Assembly: GCF_002113885.1 (NCBI RefSeq)
Contig: NW_018405338.1
Location: forward strand, 353,317-417,316
DNA from: Mizuhopecten yessoensis
Lineage: Eukaryota
DNA length: 64,000 nucleotides
Direction: 5' to 3'
Shown here piece after piece: positions 62,941 to 64,000 of this stretch. The notes beneath the pieces are model-generated. The model ran no database searches. It saw only the letters and a list, made by a program, of their open reading frames with translations, and had not been told where the DNA came from. The position numbers and the translations under genes were made by a program. Position 1 is the stretch's first letter. Each line of letters begins with the position of its first letter.

Positions 62941-63655
62941 ATGTCAGAAAATAATAGATTACCTATTACCAAACTACGTACGTGTAATTTGAAATTTCCC
63001 ATTGAAACTGGGAGGTGGCAGAATATTCCAAAAGTGGATAGGATATGTAACCTTTGCCTTGAAAATATTGGAAATGAATTTCATTATCTTTTTACTTGTA
63101 GTAATGTGGAAGTGAAAAATTTACAAAGAAAATACGTTCCAAATTACTATCGTACAAATCCAAATGAAAATAAAATGAAAGGTCTTTTGTCAATATGTCA
63201 CCAACAAATTCTGAAAGGATTATCAATTTTCCTAAAGAAATTGATTCCTTTACTTTAAACTAAAACATAAACATTATACATATACTATTACTTGTTGATT
63301 CTATAGGTCCATAATATTGAAGCNTAATAAAAAGGGATTAAATGTCCATGTGAAGGAAGTAAATATAAAAAAAATAAAATTAACGACCGACTAAAAAACT
63401 AGCTGCTTTCACCCTTCACAGGGCTCTTCAGGTTTATTCAAAAGAACAACGTCGTGACGTCACAATTACATGTCATCACACTACAATCGTAACGTGACGT
63501 CACGAAGTACACAAGATTTGACTTATCATCAGTATCTTCATATACATGCATGCACCTGTCCATCCTGTCATAATTTAATATATGAATTCATGTACATGTA
63601 CCTCATGTTACACATTTGCATGTGTCCGAGTGTTGGAAATAAAATCTGAAATCTG
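62941..63655 (+). mobile_element. 5'-truncated non-LTR retrotransposon (ORF2 C-terminus with CCHC zinc finger, RTEX/CR1-like), 3' UTR interrupted
   Basis: ORF 62941-63258 reads RLPITKLRT..LKFPIETGRWQNIP..DRICNLC...IGNEFHYLFTC; the 3' end is AATAAAATCTGAAATCTG at ~63638-63655. Confidence 0.75.
63392..63440 (-). ncRNA. Minimal type I hammerhead ribozyme (Penelope-associated type)
   Basis: Minus strand: AAAC-CUGAAGA-GCCC(UGUGAA)GGGU-GAA-AGC(A)GCU-A^-GUUU. It has the conserved core, stem II, a short palindrome-like stem III, a CUA cleavage triplet and stem I AAAC/GUUU. Confidence 0.7.
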
Positions 63656-64000
63656 GGATCATGAACTTATGTGTGTGACCTGCAGCTTTTCTGCGCAGGT
63701 GATATTTTAACATTTAGATCATTTAAAGACAACCAACTATAATAATCTTTCTAACAACATTCTTCTCTCAATACTTTTTTTAAACTGGGAAAACTCGAGA
63801 CCAGACCCTTATACGGGCCGGGGTGAAAAGGGCCTAAATAACGTCGGCAGTGAACGAAAGGATATTCAGACGTATTATGGTACACTATAAATTGATATTT
63901 AATTATTTTTAACAACTTCGGTGTTTTAATAATGCATTATTTCAAATCATTGCACCATTTTTGGAATAGATACTCTTTAACATTTTACTAAGGTATTTAA

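Overview
AT-rich, intron-rich animal DNA, most likely a bivalve or other lophotrochozoan (inferred from the SINE, Penelope and MITE repertoire), with assembly gaps at 7762-8463 and 42140-42303. Exons were assembled by hand, with splice phases checked, into four protein-coding loci. (1) A near-complete adhesion GPCR on the minus strand (paralog B, 41548 to 15187 or below, 25 traceable coding exons, about 1840 aa): signal peptide, ~950-aa Thr/Pro mucin stalk, 2 Ig domains, HRM, GAIN/GPS (HL|T), 7TM and a tail with FDNPVF. (2) The 5' part of a tandem paralog A (from 4299 off the left edge) with a much shorter mucin exon. (3) Between them, a single-coding-exon FKRP/LicD-like type II membrane enzyme (10972 to 9224). 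(4) RPF2 on the plus strand (45675-56486, 10 exons), head-to-head with paralog B. The most striking observation is that the FKRP-like gene sits behind a ~1 kb copy of the receptor's upstream region, with the same splice donor kept at the homologous position in front of all three minus-strand genes. This suggests a glycan-modifying enzyme that captured the promoter and leader exons of a mucin-stalk receptor. Introns and intergenic DNA hold tRNA-derived SINEs, TRIMs with tRNA-like LTRs, MITEs of several superfamilies (one split by a nested MULE), Penelope and LINE fragments, a minimal hammerhead ribozyme and several minisatellites.
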